A DNA stretch of 64,000 nucleotides from Zygnema circumcarinatum SAG 698-1b (taxonomy: Eukaryota; Plantae; Zygnematophyceae). The notes under the pieces are model-generated. The model ran no database searches and was not told the DNA's origin. It worked only from the letters and a program-made list of their open reading frames with translations. Location of the stretch: positions 2,356,001 through 2,420,000 of the forward strand of contig CM074815.1 of assembly GCA_037447605.1 (NCBI GenBank), written 5' to 3'. This document shows positions 13,304-25,737 of this stretch, one piece after another. Each line of letters opens with the position of its first letter. Position 1 is the stretch's first letter. The position numbers and the translations under genes are program-made.

Positions 13304-13824
13304 TGTTATGCTGATTGCTCGTGTTGCAACGCTACACTTACTCGTGCTGTGAGGTAGTGAGCTGTGAGATTACTTGGGTGGCCGATTTGAGAGGGAGTCT
13401 CTCAATGTTGTGAGTGAATTCATTATTAAGGAGTTTTAGAGCCAGGAGCTTTCTCCTATTCATTTCTCTCTGTTATTCCGCTGTGCATTGTTTGCTGTGA
13501 TTCACTCTGTGAGTAAAATGGGCCATGAGTGAATGTGAGGGATTTGAATATGTCATCGTCGATTGGAACGCGAACTCCGATGGAGGGTGACCCGAATGGA
13601 GGAACGGACGGCAGCAGTGGAGGAGTCCTTGCATCAACAAGTGGTATCAGAGCTCATGGAGACTCGGAGGACCATGTCAAGTTCAGCATTCCGGCCTTTG
13701 ATGGGCAGGATTATAAGGCGTGGAGATGGAGGTTGGTTCCCTTGCTTGTAGGCAAGGGGTTGCTTGGGTATGTTGATGGCAGCATCAAGGCGCCGGAGTT
13801 ACCGGTTGGAGCCTCAGCGGAGCA
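13304..13824 (+). mobile_element. Subfamily Y 5' LTR remnant (13304-13639), PBS (13642-13653) and gag N-terminus (ATG 13550)
   Basis: Matches 25102-25434; TGGTATCAGAGC is the initiator-Met PBS; HVKFSIPAFDGQDYKAWRWRL is Copia Gag. Confidence 0.92.
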
Positions 13825-14220
13825 TGTTGGTGCAGCGGCCTCCGTGCGAGGTGCTGCCACTTCTCCTCTGCCCTCGGTAGAGCTCGACATCTTCAATGAC
13901 TTGATCAACCACACTCCTCAAGGATGTAGACACACACACAAGTCTGAATGCAGTAGAACAGATCAGCGGAAATGAGAAGATGTAAGGAGAAAGCCTCCAG
14001 CCTAAAACTCCTTAATATAAAGATGTATACAACTTGACAACTCTAGAGCCAAGCTTCAAGCACCTAAACTCAAGCTATGTGAATACACCACCCCACTACA
14101 AGATGAACACTTCCCACTATCTTCTAAGCCCAAAGAAAGATAGCCTCACTGCCTACGTGAGTCCCGAGAAGGTTAACTCCTTCAAAACAGACCTCCATCA
14201 TATACAACAATGGTCGTGTG
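13825..14220 (-). mobile_element. Copia LTR 3' portion (X/W-like), antisense in Y gag
   Basis: Starts TGTTGGTGCAGC; reverse complement is homologous to 12930-13303. Confidence 0.85.
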
Positions 14221-14615
14221 TGTTAGTGTATAGTAGTTAGTCACTAGACAAGTTGTTGTTGGGACATTAGTTTTGTGTGCGTGTGTTGTGTGTGGCCCCT
14301 GGCGGCGATGTGCGCCTAGACCGACAGGCGGCGGTACGGACTTTGGTTGGTGGAGAGGCGCGGCGCGGCGGAGTCAGAAGTGACGAGGCGCGACGTGACG
14401 AATCGAAAAGTGACGTGGCGCGGACGCGGACGCGGAGCGAATCGAAGATGTGACGCGACGCGCGAAACTGCGCGCAAATTTGAAGTGACGTGGCGCGGCG
14501 TCAGCCTTTGGATTGGCTGATTTGGACTTGGCGCGAAGTGGCGTCAGATTGTCAGCGCGCGATTCAGAATTGTACAGAGCTGCGTCGAATTGTCGGTGGC
14601 GTGAGACGACGCGAG
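14221..14615 (+). mobile_element. Subfamily Y LTR 5' portion, ends at N gap
   Basis: Matches 24448-24830. Confidence 0.9.
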
Positions 14616-14625
14616 NNNNNNNNNN

Positions 14626-17600
14626 GCGCCGGAGTTACCGGTTGGAGCCTCAGCGGAGCAGCAGTCGGAGCATGACGTGGCGCTCGCACGATGGAAAGCC
14701 AAGGACAACAAGGCCCTGACGCAGATTGTAATGAGCGTAAGAGGAAGTCCGTCCTCTATGCTATATGATCTGAAAACCTCTCATGCCATGTGGAGATGCC
14801 TAGAGGAAATGTATGATGTAAAAGACAATGTGACGATCGTCAGTCTTTACACGCAGCTAGGCAAGATGAAGATGACTTCAGATGAGAAACTAGAAGCTTA
14901 TATGGTCAGGTTTGATGCTCTGATGGAGAGGTTCATAGCCCTTGGGAAACCATTAGAGGCAGACCATAAGATAAGCCAGTTTCTAGGGGGTTTGACCAGT
15001 AGATTCGATGTGGCAGTGGCGGCTTTGAGGACAGTCCTGACTAATACCACGATGACTCTTGAGCAAGTCAAGCGTAGGATAAAGGAGGAGGACTCCATTC
15101 AGGATGTCGGCAGCCCTGAGGAGAAAGTGCTTGCGTTGCACACTCGACCGAATCGAAGAGGAGGCGCCCCGAAGTCAGCCCGAGGAGAACGCTCGGCAAT
15201 TACGTGTTACACGTGTGGCAAGACCGGCCACTACTCCAGCGATTGCTTCAAGAACAGAGGCAGCCAAGAGAAGGGAGGAAACGCGACTTCATCCGGCAAG
15301 AAGGAGAAGAAGGCGTTCAGTGGCACTTGCTTCAAATGCAAGAAGAGAGGCCACAGGAGTTCAGACTGCAAGGTAGCAGTTGAGAACAACCTCATGCTGG
15401 CGGAGAATACTGAGAATGCGTTTGTGGGAAGGATTCAGGTAGAGGATCCGAAGCGGCCGTGGCTGATTGATTCCGGCGCTTCTACGCATATGTGCGGAGA
15501 CACATCGATGTTCTCCAAGCTCGACAACTTGGAGAAGACACGCTCAGTCCATTCAGCAACCGATGAAGGAGTCACCGTGACAAGAGGTGGAGCCGTGAGG
15601 ATGATACTCGGAGACGGCTCGGTCATCAATGAAGAAGACATACAAGAGAAGTTGTCAATTGGTGACGTTCTTCACACCCCTGGGCTAAAGCAGAATTTCA
15701 TGTCTGTTAGCCAAGTGTGTAAGAAAGGATACAGTGTTCTGTTTGAGGAGAAGTCATGCGTGGCCATCCATACAGAAACTGGGAGACAGCTGTTCAGGGG
15801 TTATGAGAGAGGAGGGCTGTATTTTCTTGATTACAAGAGGGAGAATTATGAGCATGTCAATGCAATCTCAGAGAATGCCGTAGATGTATGGCATAGAAGA
15901 CTTGGTCACTTACACCATAGAGGAATGCAGCAGTTGGCTGAGAAGGGGTTAGTCCGTGGGCTAGACCCGGGTGTAGTGGAGAAGGAGCTTGGGTTGTGCC
16001 AGGAGTGTGTGGAGGGCAAGGCGCACAGGAGACCATTCGTGAGGAGTGGAGACGAGTCCTATCGAGCGCGAGAGAAGTTGGAATTGGTACATTCTGACTT
16101 GTGTGGCCCAGTTACACCGGCGACCAACGGCGGAGCACGTTACTTCGTCACGTTCCTCGACGATTACTCGAGGAAGATTTGGATTACGCTCCTCAAGAAC
16201 AAGTCAGAGGCTTTCGGAGCCTTTCGAGATTGGCTGAACCAGGCGGAGACAGAATCAGGACAGAAGCTGAAGGCTTTGCGCTCAGACAATGGCGGCGAAT
16301 TCAAATCGAAGGAGTTCGCAGAGTTCCTGAAGAACCGCGGTATAAGGCATGAATTCTCTGCCCCCTATTCCCCTCAGAGCAATGGAGCAGCTGAGCGAGT
16401 GAATCGGACATTGGGGGACATGGCTCGGACCATGTTGATTGATTCCCCCTTTCCAGCTTCTTTTTGGGGAGAAGCGGTTTCTACTGCTGCGTACATTAGA
16501 AACAGATGTCCGTCTTCTGTTCTGAAAGACCAGGTCCCTGAGCAGATGTGGAGTGGGAGGAAGCCCACAGTTTCCCACCTGAGGACCTTTGGCGCGCGAT
16601 GCTGGGCTGCACTGCCCAAGGCGCGACAGAAGAAGAAGTTTGACCCCCGAGCGGTGGAGGGTTATGTTCTCGGCTATAACACCAACAGCCGCACGTATAG
16701 GGTGTGGAACCCTCGACTGCAGGAGGTCCTGAGCACGAGGGACATTACAGTTGATGAGGGAAGTGCTGTTGAGCGTGTTGCAGACTCTCAGATCTTTCCT
16801 CCAGCGAAAGCGGATTTCGAGATCGTGTATGAGGAGGGAGAGACGAGTGGAGAGCGTGATGTCACTGTGCAGGATGCCAGCACATCACAGAGTGAAGGAG
16901 CCGAGCCAGCAGCTGCGTCAAGCGAGCCTGCTGATGTTGGAGAGTCGCCAGAGGAGGCGCATGCGGAGGAGCCGCAGAATTCGACGGAGACGATTCCAGT
17001 GCACACTCAGTTGAGTGAGGAAGAGGAGAACTCCGTGGAGACGGTGCCGCTGCACACGCAAGAGTCTGAGGACCTTGAAGCGGCCGAGAGAGAGGCTATG
17101 TTAGCTAACATGCCTCCAGGTTTTGTACCCGGACTCTACTTCTATCCGAGAGGACGAAGCGCGAAGGAGGTTCGGAAGAGCAGTCGGGACAGGAGGCGAC
17201 CAGATCGGTATTCGCCTGAGAACAACCTTATCCAAGAAAGAGTGCCTTCAGATTCAGCTGACCTTGTGGGAGTTGCCCATTGCTTTATGATCACGGAACC
17301 ACAAACCTTTGAGGAAGCGCACGACGGAGTCGATGGCGACAAATGGCGGGTGGCGATCGATAGCGAGTGGGACAGCTTGATAGAGAACGGCACGTGGAGG
17401 TTGGAGAAGCTGCCTCAAGGGAGGCGAGCTATTGGCTGCAAATGGGTCTTCAAAGTCAAGAGGAAGGCAGACGGAAGCGTGGACAGATACAAGGCGCGGC
17501 TAGTGGCGAAGGGATACGCCCAGAAGTATGGAGTTGACTACGTGGAGACTTTCGCTCCAGTGGTAAAGTTCAACTCCTTGAGAGCCTTGATTTCCATCGC

Positions 17601-18004
17601 AGCGGCTGAAGGAATGCATGTCCATCAGCTGGACATCAAGACGGCATTCCTGTACGGAGATCTAACGGAAGAGATCTACATGGAGCAGCCGGAGGGGAAG
17701 GTGGTCCCAGGAAAGGAACACCTAGTCTGTCGACTAGTGAAGAGCCTATATGGTTTGAAGCAGGCGCCCAGAGTGTGGTACGAGAAGATAGATGATCTTC
17801 TGAGGAGGAATGGTTTCGACCGATTCGAAACAGATCATTCCGTGTACCGTCAAGGAGAGGGGGCGGACATCATGTTCGTCGGGATCTACGTTGATGATCT
17901 CATAATGGTGAGCCTCTCGCTTGAAAGAATCAGTTCCTTGAAAGAGTTGCTTCAAGCGAATTTCAAGATGTCAGATTTGGGGAAGCGGTATCTGCTTGGG
18001 ATAT
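14626..18004 (+). CDS. Copia Gag-Pol (subfamily Y): Gag with two CCHC knuckles, protease, integrase, RT; interrupted in RT
   Basis: ORF 14677..18024: CYTCGKTGHYSSDC, CFKCKKRGHRSSDC, WLIDSGAS, WHRRLGH..C..C, DDE core, YVDDL; PR-IN-RT domain order. Confidence 0.97.
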
Positions 18005-18014
18005 TATATAAAAT

Positions 18015-21000
18015 CAGTTATTAAGGAACTGATCGCTGCTCGGCAACACCTCGTGTGTCATTCTCCACAGGAACTCGTGTTCCCACCGATGTAGACATTC
18101 CCACTCTTACACTCTCAAGGCTCTATCTCAATTCACTCATCGCCCATAACTCACAGAATGAACACCAGAGATAAGCACAGCGGAAATCAATCGAGAGAAG
18201 TGTAGGAGAAAGCTCACGGCTCTAAAACTCCTTTATAATAAAATGTCCACCCACATGAAGTTCTCCCACCACTACAAGGTAAGTCCCTCTTACTCACTAC
18301 CTCACGACACAAGTGAAGGCAGCCTGACAGCACGAGCAGGCACAGAATAAGAGACAGAACTAGTATGGTTATTTTCCCATAGTAAAACTATGCACTATAT
18401 AATATGGCGCCCGTGACGTGACACACATGTCACGTCACGCCCGCCATTGCAAACCCATGCACCGAGTTTCAGTGGGCGCACTCAAGAATAGCGACCGGAG
18501 AGTGGCCTCGCAAACCTACGACGACACCGACCTAGTTCTTGTCTGTCCGTACAGTCGTCCGTACAGTTCCGCCGTTTCGCCAGCCTTCCTTAGCGATCTT
18601 CGCCCGCCGACACTTCGGCCGTACATACGAACCAGCGGACCCACATCACGAGTGGTCCACGTGGCGCATTCCGATTCGCCGCCAAGTATCTCCCATGTCG
18701 TTTTCGCGCCGCAACTTTCCGCTCCGCGTTTTGCGCCCGNNNNNNNNNNGAACACGAATCCTGATGTTGATCGTGATGTGTCCACGTCACCTCCCCAATC
18801 TGAGTCGGTGTATCCGATCACTCTAATTGGCCCCCTCTCATACCTGAGGCCGTAATCCAAGGTTCCCCGTACATACCTGAAGATTCTCTTCACGGCTTCC
18901 CAATGTTCTGGACCCGGATTCTCCATGAACCGACTTGCGGCGCTCACAGCCTTCGCCAAGTCCGGTCGGGTACCAATCATTAGGTACATGAGACTTCCGG
19001 AGGGCAGATCTGCACGTAATCTCGCGCATATCCGCTGGGTGTGTGTTTCCCAGCATCCGCTAAGTGGCGCCATCTCCATTGCATACCGCGGCCCCTATCT
19101 CCATGGGGTTTAGCACTTGATCCGCAATCTTCCATATGAAATCTTGCAAGTACGTCTGCGGCGTACTTCTTCTGACACAGAAAGAGGCTGCCGTCCTGCC
19201 CCCTCTTCAGCTGCATCCCTAACAGATACTGCGCTTCCCCTAGGTCCGACATCTTGAAGTTAGCCTGGAGCAGCTCCTTCAAATCATTGATTCTCTCCAA
19301 CGAGAGACTCACCATAATGAGGTCGTCAACATAGATCCCAACGTACATGAGATCCTCGTCCTCCCCTTGTCGGTAAACGGAATGATCCGTTTCGAATCGC
19401 ACGAATCCGTTCCTCCTGAGAAGATCGTCTATCTTCTCATACCAGATCCTGGGCGCCTGTTTCAGTCCGTACAGACTCTTCACTAGGCGACAAACCAGAT
19501 CCTCCTTGCCCGGGACAATCTTTCCTTCCGGCTGTACCATGTAGATCTCCTCAGCGAGATCTCCGTACAGAAACGCGGTCTTGATGTCGAGTTGATGTAC
19601 GTGCATCCCCTCGGCCGCTGCAATCGAAATTAGGGCACGGAGCGAATTGAATTTTACCACGGGCGCGAAGGTCTCCGTGTAGTCAATTCCGTACGCCTGG
19701 CTGAAGCCTTTCGCCACCAGGCGCGCCTTGTACCGATCGACGCTCCCGTCCGCCTTCCGCTTCACCTTGAACACCCACTTGCATCCAATGGCCCTTCTTC
19801 CCCTCGGCAGCTCCTCAAGTCGCCATGTCCCGTTCTCTAGCAAGCTGTCCCACTCACTGTCAATCGCTGCTCGCCACTTTTCGCCATCGACCCCGTCGTG
19901 CGCCTCCTCAAAGGTTTGCGGTTCGGTGATCATGAAGCAGTGCGCTTCTCCCGCGAGTTCAGCCGAGTCAGTGGGCACTCTCTCCTGCACAAGGTTAGTC
20001 TGCGAGGGCCTGAATCGATCAGGCCTCCTCACCACGCGGGTGCTCCTCCGCGGTCCTTGCGTTCTCCCACTCCTTGAGTTGAAGAAAATCCCCGGGACAA
20101 ACCCGGGAGGCATGCTTGCCAACATCGCCTCTCTCTCAGCCGTCTCTAAGTCCTCAGACTCCTGTCCATGTACCGGCACAGTTTCGGCCGAGTTCTCCTC
20201 GTCTGACAGGTGAGTGTGTAGTGGAGCCGTTTCCGTCGAAATCTGCGGCTCTCCCGCTTGCGGCACTTCGGGTTCAGCTCCCACGTCCGCTTCGACGCTT
20301 GGTAACGTTTCTGGTTCAGCTCCTCTGCTCTCGGGCATGCTGACCTCCTCCAAAACTGGGACCTGGACGGCATCAACGCCTTCTCCCCTGGTCTCCACGT
20401 CCTCGTACACAATCTCCAAATCTGTCTTTAGGGGTCGGGTCTCACCTAGTCGTGTCACCGCCCCTCTCTCATCCACCGTGATGTCCCTCGAGTTCTGAAC
20501 TTCATTCGACCGAGGGTTCCACATCCTGTAAGTGTGGCTGTCGGTGTTGTAGCCGAGAAAATACCCTTCCACGGCTCGAGGATCGAATTTCCTCTTCTGC
20601 TTTGCTTTCAGCACTGCCGTCCAGCAGCGCGCTCCGAAAGCCTTCAGGTGGGACACCGTGGGCTTCCTCCCACTCCACACCTCTTCAGGGACCTGTTCCT
20701 TTAGAATAGAGGACGGGCATCTATTTCTAAGGTAGGTGGCAGTCATCACTGCCTCTCCCCAAAACGATGTTGGAAAGGGGGAATCAATCAACATGGTCCT
20801 CGCCATGTCCCCCAGCGTCCTATTTACCCTCTCAGCAGCTCCATTACTTTGAGGGGAGTAAGGAGCAGAAAATTCATGCCTTATTCCGCGAGTCCTCAAG
20901 TACTCGCCGAATTCCTTCGAATTGAATTCCCCTCCGTTGTCCGAGCGCAGAGTCTTCAGCTTGGATCCGCTCTCTCGCTCCATCTGTACGTGCCACTCTC

Positions 21001-23755
21001 TGAAGGCTCCGAAAGCCTCAGACTTGTCCTTGAGAATTTTCACCCAGATTTTCCTCGAAAAATCATCGAGAAATGTGATGAAATATCGGGCTCCTCCAGT
21101 CGTTGCCGGTGTCACGGGACCGCAAAGGTCGGTGTGAACCAGACCCAGCTTCTCTTGCGCATGGAACGTCTCCTCTCCACTCCTCGCGAATGGTTTTCTG
21201 TGCGCCTTCCCCTCTATGCACTCTTTGCAAAAACCGAGCTCCTTCTCAACTACATCTACATCTAACCCGCGGACCAGCCCCCTTGCGGCAAGCTGTTGCA
21301 GTCCCCTATGGTTCAGATGGCCAAGTCTACGATGCCAAAGATTTACTACACTTTCAGATATTGCCATTACCCCTTCATCTTCCTCTCTTCTATAATGAAG
21401 GTAATATAGACCTCCCTTCTCATACCCCTCAAATAGCTGCTTTCCGGTCTCCATATGAGTAGCCACGCATGACTTCTCACTAAAGGTAACCTCGTACCCC
21501 TTCTTACACACTTGGCTAACAGACATGAAGTTCTGTTTCAGCTCAGGGGTGTGAAGAACATCACTGATGCACAGACGCTCTTCTCTTCTTTCTTCGTAGA
21601 TGATTGAGCCGTCTCCGAGTCGCATCTTGACTACTCCTCCCTTTGTGACTGTCACTCCCTCTCCGGTTGCCGAGTGAACAGATCGGGTCCTCTCCAACGT
21701 AACCAACGTGGAGAACATCTGCTTGTCGCCACACATGTGTGTGGAAGCGCCAGAGTCAATCAGCCATGGCCGCTTCAGATCCTGAACCTGGATCTTCCCA
21801 ACAAAGTCAGAATTTTCAGTGAGCATGAGATTCGTCTCCACTGCCACTCTGCAATCTGCAGTCTTGTGGCCTCTCTTCTTGCACTTGAAGCAGATTCCCT
21901 TGAACCCCTTCTTGCCGGATGATGAAGCTCCTCCTCCCCGATCTGGGGTGCTCTTGTTCTTGAAGCAGTCCGCAGAGTAGTGGCCAGTCTTGCCACACGT
22001 GTAGCACGCTCCCGCGGGGCGTTCACCTCGGTCTGTCTTCAACGCGCCTCCTCTTCGGTCTTGACGCGAGTGCAGCGCCAGCACCCTCTCTTCGGTGCCG
22101 CCAACGTCTTGGACTGTATCCTCCTCCTTGATCCTTCGCTTCACTTGCTCAAGGGTCATCATGGAGTTCGTTAGTACTGTCCTAAGAGCCGCAACTGCCA
22201 CATCAAACCGACCAGGCAGTCCCCCTAGAAACTGGCTGATCTTATGGTCCCCCTCTAACGGTTTCTGCAAGGCTATGAACCTCTCCATTAGAGTGTCAAA
22301 TCTGACCATATATTCCCCTAGTTTCTCATCTGAGGACATCGTCATCTTTCCTAGCTGCGTGTAAAGGCTGACAATCGTCACGTTATCCTTTACATCATAC
22401 ATCTCTTCTAAGCACCTCCACATAGCATGTGAGGTCCTGAGATCATACAGCATAGACGAGGGACTTCCCCTCACACTCATGACGATCTGGGTAAGGGCCT
22501 TGTTATCCTTAGCCATCCATCTGACGAGCGCCGTGTCGAACTCCGACTGCTGCTCCGCCGTGGCTCCCTCCGGCAGCACCGGTGCCTTGATGGTGCCGTC
22601 AACGTAGCCGAGTAACCCCTTGCCCACGAGCAAGGGGACCAGCCGCCATCTCCACCCCTTGTAGTCCTGGCCGTCGAACGCTGGGATGCTGAACTTCACG
22701 TGGTCCTCCTCGCCACCATGGGCTCTGATACCACTTGTTGGAGTGGGGGACTGATCCCCGCTGCTCCCGGCAACACCTCGTGTGTCACCCTCCACAGGAA
22801 CTCGTGTTCCCACCGATGTAGACATTCCCACTCTTTCACTCTCAAGGCTCTATCTCAATTCACTCATCGCCCATAACTCACAGAATGAACACCAGAGATA
22901 AGCACAGCGGAAATCAATCGAGAGAAGTGTAGGAGAAAGCTCACGGCTCTAAAACTCCTTTATAATAAAATGTCCTCCCACATGAAGTTCTCCCACCACT
23001 ACAAGGTAAGTCCCTCTTACTCACTACCTCACGACACAAGTGAAGGCAGCCTGACAGCACGAGCAGGCACAGAATAAGAGACAGAACTAGTATGGTTATT
23101 TTTCCCATAGTAAAACTATGCACTATATAATATGGCGCCCGTGACGTGACACACATGTCACGTCACGCCCGCCATTGCAAACCCATGCACCGAGTTTCAG
23201 TGGGCGCACTCAAGAATAGCGACCGGAGAGTGGCCTCGCAAACCTAATTTTACCTATTAATCACCTAAATTTTGTCCGTCTGCATAGCCGTCTGCAGGTA
23301 CAGTTCGGGCCAAGCTGCCAGCCTTCCTAGCGATTCGCCACGACTTCGCCGCATTACGAACCAGCGGACCCACATCACGAAGTGGTCCACGTATTATTCC
23401 GACGCCAAGTATCTCCCATATGTTTTGGCGCCGCAACTTTAAGCTCCAGCGTTTTAGCGCCCGAGCGCCGCGGCAATGGAAATCGCTGGCGATACGACTC
23501 TGCCGAATCAGCGTCCAGCGCCTCGACCAATCAAAGTAGCGCGTAAAATGCGTGGCCTTTTCCAGCGTCAGCGCCCGCGCGACCAATCGCCGCCGCTCGT
23601 TGAACTCCAGCGCACTGCGGCGCACTGCGCCCTAAGTCAGAACACCGACATCACTAAATCTAGAAGCACTACGCCTAGCAGATCTCATGTTCAACAACTG
23701 AGTACCACAACAAGTTAGTGTGTCCAATGTAATGTCTAACTATCATACACTAACA
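18015..23755 (-). mobile_element. Near full-length Copia element (subfamily V) nested antisense in Y RT; 5' LTR 22736-23755, PBS 22721-22733, 3' LTR ~18015-18739
   Basis: The two LTRs are almost identical over ~470 bp (18040-18510 vs 22765-23240); PBS TGGTATCAGAGCC; RNase H and PPT presumably fall in N gap 18740-18749; left boundary is noisy. Confidence 0.92.
18750..22825 (-). CDS. Copia Gag-Pol (subfamily V); frameshifts near 19000-19110 in late RT
   Basis: 1283-aa ORF 18980..22831 with Gag, protease, integrase and RT; RT continues in ORF 18516..19079 (SLMYLMIGTRPDL..YTDSDWGGD). Confidence 0.95.
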
Positions 23756-23761
23756 CTAACA

Positions 23762-24429
23762 TGCCTTACAGGTCTGCGATTGGGAGTCTGATGTACCTGA
23801 TGATTGGAACGCGTCCGGACCTGGCGAAAGCAGTGAGCTCGGCCAGCCGATTCATGGAGAATCCGGGCCTCGAGCATTGGGAGGCCGTGAAGAGGATATT
23901 CAGATATGTGAGAGGGACGCTTGATTATGGGATCAGGTATGAGAGGGGGCCAACCAGAGTGATTGGCTATACAGACTCAGATTGGGGCGGTGATGTAGAT
24001 ACATCGCGCTCGACTTCAGGTTTCATTTACCTGTATGGAGGTGGAGCGATTTCGTGGAGCTCCAAGTTGCAGGACTCGGTAGCGTTATCGAGTACAGAGG
24101 GCGAGTACATGGGTGCTTGTCATGCTGCAAAGGAGGGCGTATGGTTTCAGCAGTTCTTTGATGAATGCAAGAGAGAACAACGCCCGATTACCTTGTTCAC
24201 CGATAATCAATCATCGATTGCCCTGGTGGGAAACCCGGTGTTTCACAAGCGGACCAAGCACATCAGAGTGCAGTACCATTATGTACGGGAATTGGTCGAG
24301 GAGGGTTTGATCGATGTGAAGTTCGTAGGCACGAAGGAGCAAGCCGCCGATATGCTGACGAAAGGAGTTAGCGGAGAAACCCTGCTGGTGAATGGCAGGT
24401 TGGTTGGGCTGGGGCCCATGCAAAACTAA
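23762..24429 (+). CDS. Copia RT C-terminus + RNase H (subfamily Y continuation)
   Basis: PYRSAIGSLMYL..YTDSDWGG..ADMLTK; the ORF's ATG at 23761 is created by the LTR junction. Confidence 0.95.
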
Positions 24430-24435
24430 AGTCCC

Positions 24436-25434
24436 AAAGAGGGGGATTGTTAGTGTAATAGTAGTTAGTCACTAGACAAGTTGTTGTTGGGACATTAGTT
24501 TTGTGTGCGTGTGTTGTGTGTGGCCCTTGGCGGAGATGTGCGCCTAGACCGACGGGCGGCGGTACGGACTTTGGTCGGTGGAGGCTGTGGTCAGGAAGTG
24601 GCCGGCGGCCGCGACGAATAAAGAAATGGCGATGGCAGCGGACCCAGCGGGCTTGAGTCGAAGATGTGGCCTTGACAGCAGCTAGCATAATTTGAAGTGG
24701 CGATGGCGTGGCGTCGGCCTTTGGATTAGCTGATTTGGACTTGGCGCTGAGTGGCGTCAGATTGTCGGCCGATTGAGGTATGCCAGACTGCGTCCGAATT
24801 ATGCGGTGGCGTGAGGCGGCCAGCGAGGTTGTAGCGTCATCTATCTTGGAGGCAAGGTCAGATCCTACGGCGCAAGACGTGGATTGAACGGAAGGCTGAG
24901 TCGGATCCGACGGAAGCAAAGGGCTGGATCCGTGTGAGTCTACGAGGATCCGACGGCGCAGGATTAGGATCGGGATAGGGCCCTTGCAGGCCGCTAGTCG
25001 ATGTTGTGAAGCTTCGCAGCATGTTGTCACGTGTGTAGTGACATGGTACTTAAGGATTGTTTTTGTTTTAGGTAACAATTCATTCAGGCTGTTGTAGTCT
25101 CTGTTATGCTGTTCGCTCGTGTTGCGACACTACACTTACTCGTGCTGTGAGGTAGTGAGCTGTGAGATTGCTGAGCGGCCGATTTGAGAGGGGGTCTCTC
25201 AATGTATGAGTGAATTCACTATTAAGGAGTTTTAGAGCCAGGAGCTTTCTCCTATTCATTTCTCTCTGTTATTCCGCTGTGCATTATTGCTGTGATTCAC
25301 TCTGTGAGTAAAATGGGCTATGAGTGAATGTGAGGGATTTGGAAATGTCATCGTCGATTGGAACGCGAACTCCGATGGAGGGTGACCCGAATGGAGGAAC
25401 GGACGGCAGCAGTGGAGGAGTCCCTGCACCAACA
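24436..25434 (+). mobile_element. PPT + complete subfamily Y 3' LTR (24448-25434, 987 bp)
   Basis: AAAGAGGGGGA, then TGTTAG...CCAACA. Confidence 0.95.
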
Positions 25435-25731
25435 GATTGGAGTGATGGATGAGTGGAGGCGAACATTGTATGGGCGGTGTGTCGCATCACACGTGGAGAC
25501 CATTGGAGGAGCGTGGAGCTGAAGGAGCCGAGACCATATAGGAGATGAAGAAGTGTTCTTGTAGGTGGCGTGTTTTGTTATCTGCTGTGCGCACCTGGTG
25601 AGGGGAGGAAGAGAAGGCATATCGTGGCGGAAGCGGTATGTGGCCGAAGTAGAAGTGGAAGAAGTTTTGGAGTTGACTCAAGCATGTTTTATCCTTCCAC
25701 TAGTCTCCAGTCCTACCCCCTCACACCAACA
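25435..25731 (+). mobile_element. Subfamily Z LTR 3' portion (target of the Y insertion)
   Basis: Homologous to the reverse complement of 889-1200; ends CACCAACA. Confidence 0.75.
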
Positions 25732-25737
25732 CTAACA

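Noticed and set aside
25229-25238. GTTTTAGAGC resembling the start of a Cas9-type CRISPR repeat
   Set aside because: It is a 10-bp coincidence inside the conserved LTR motif, one per LTR and not arrayed.
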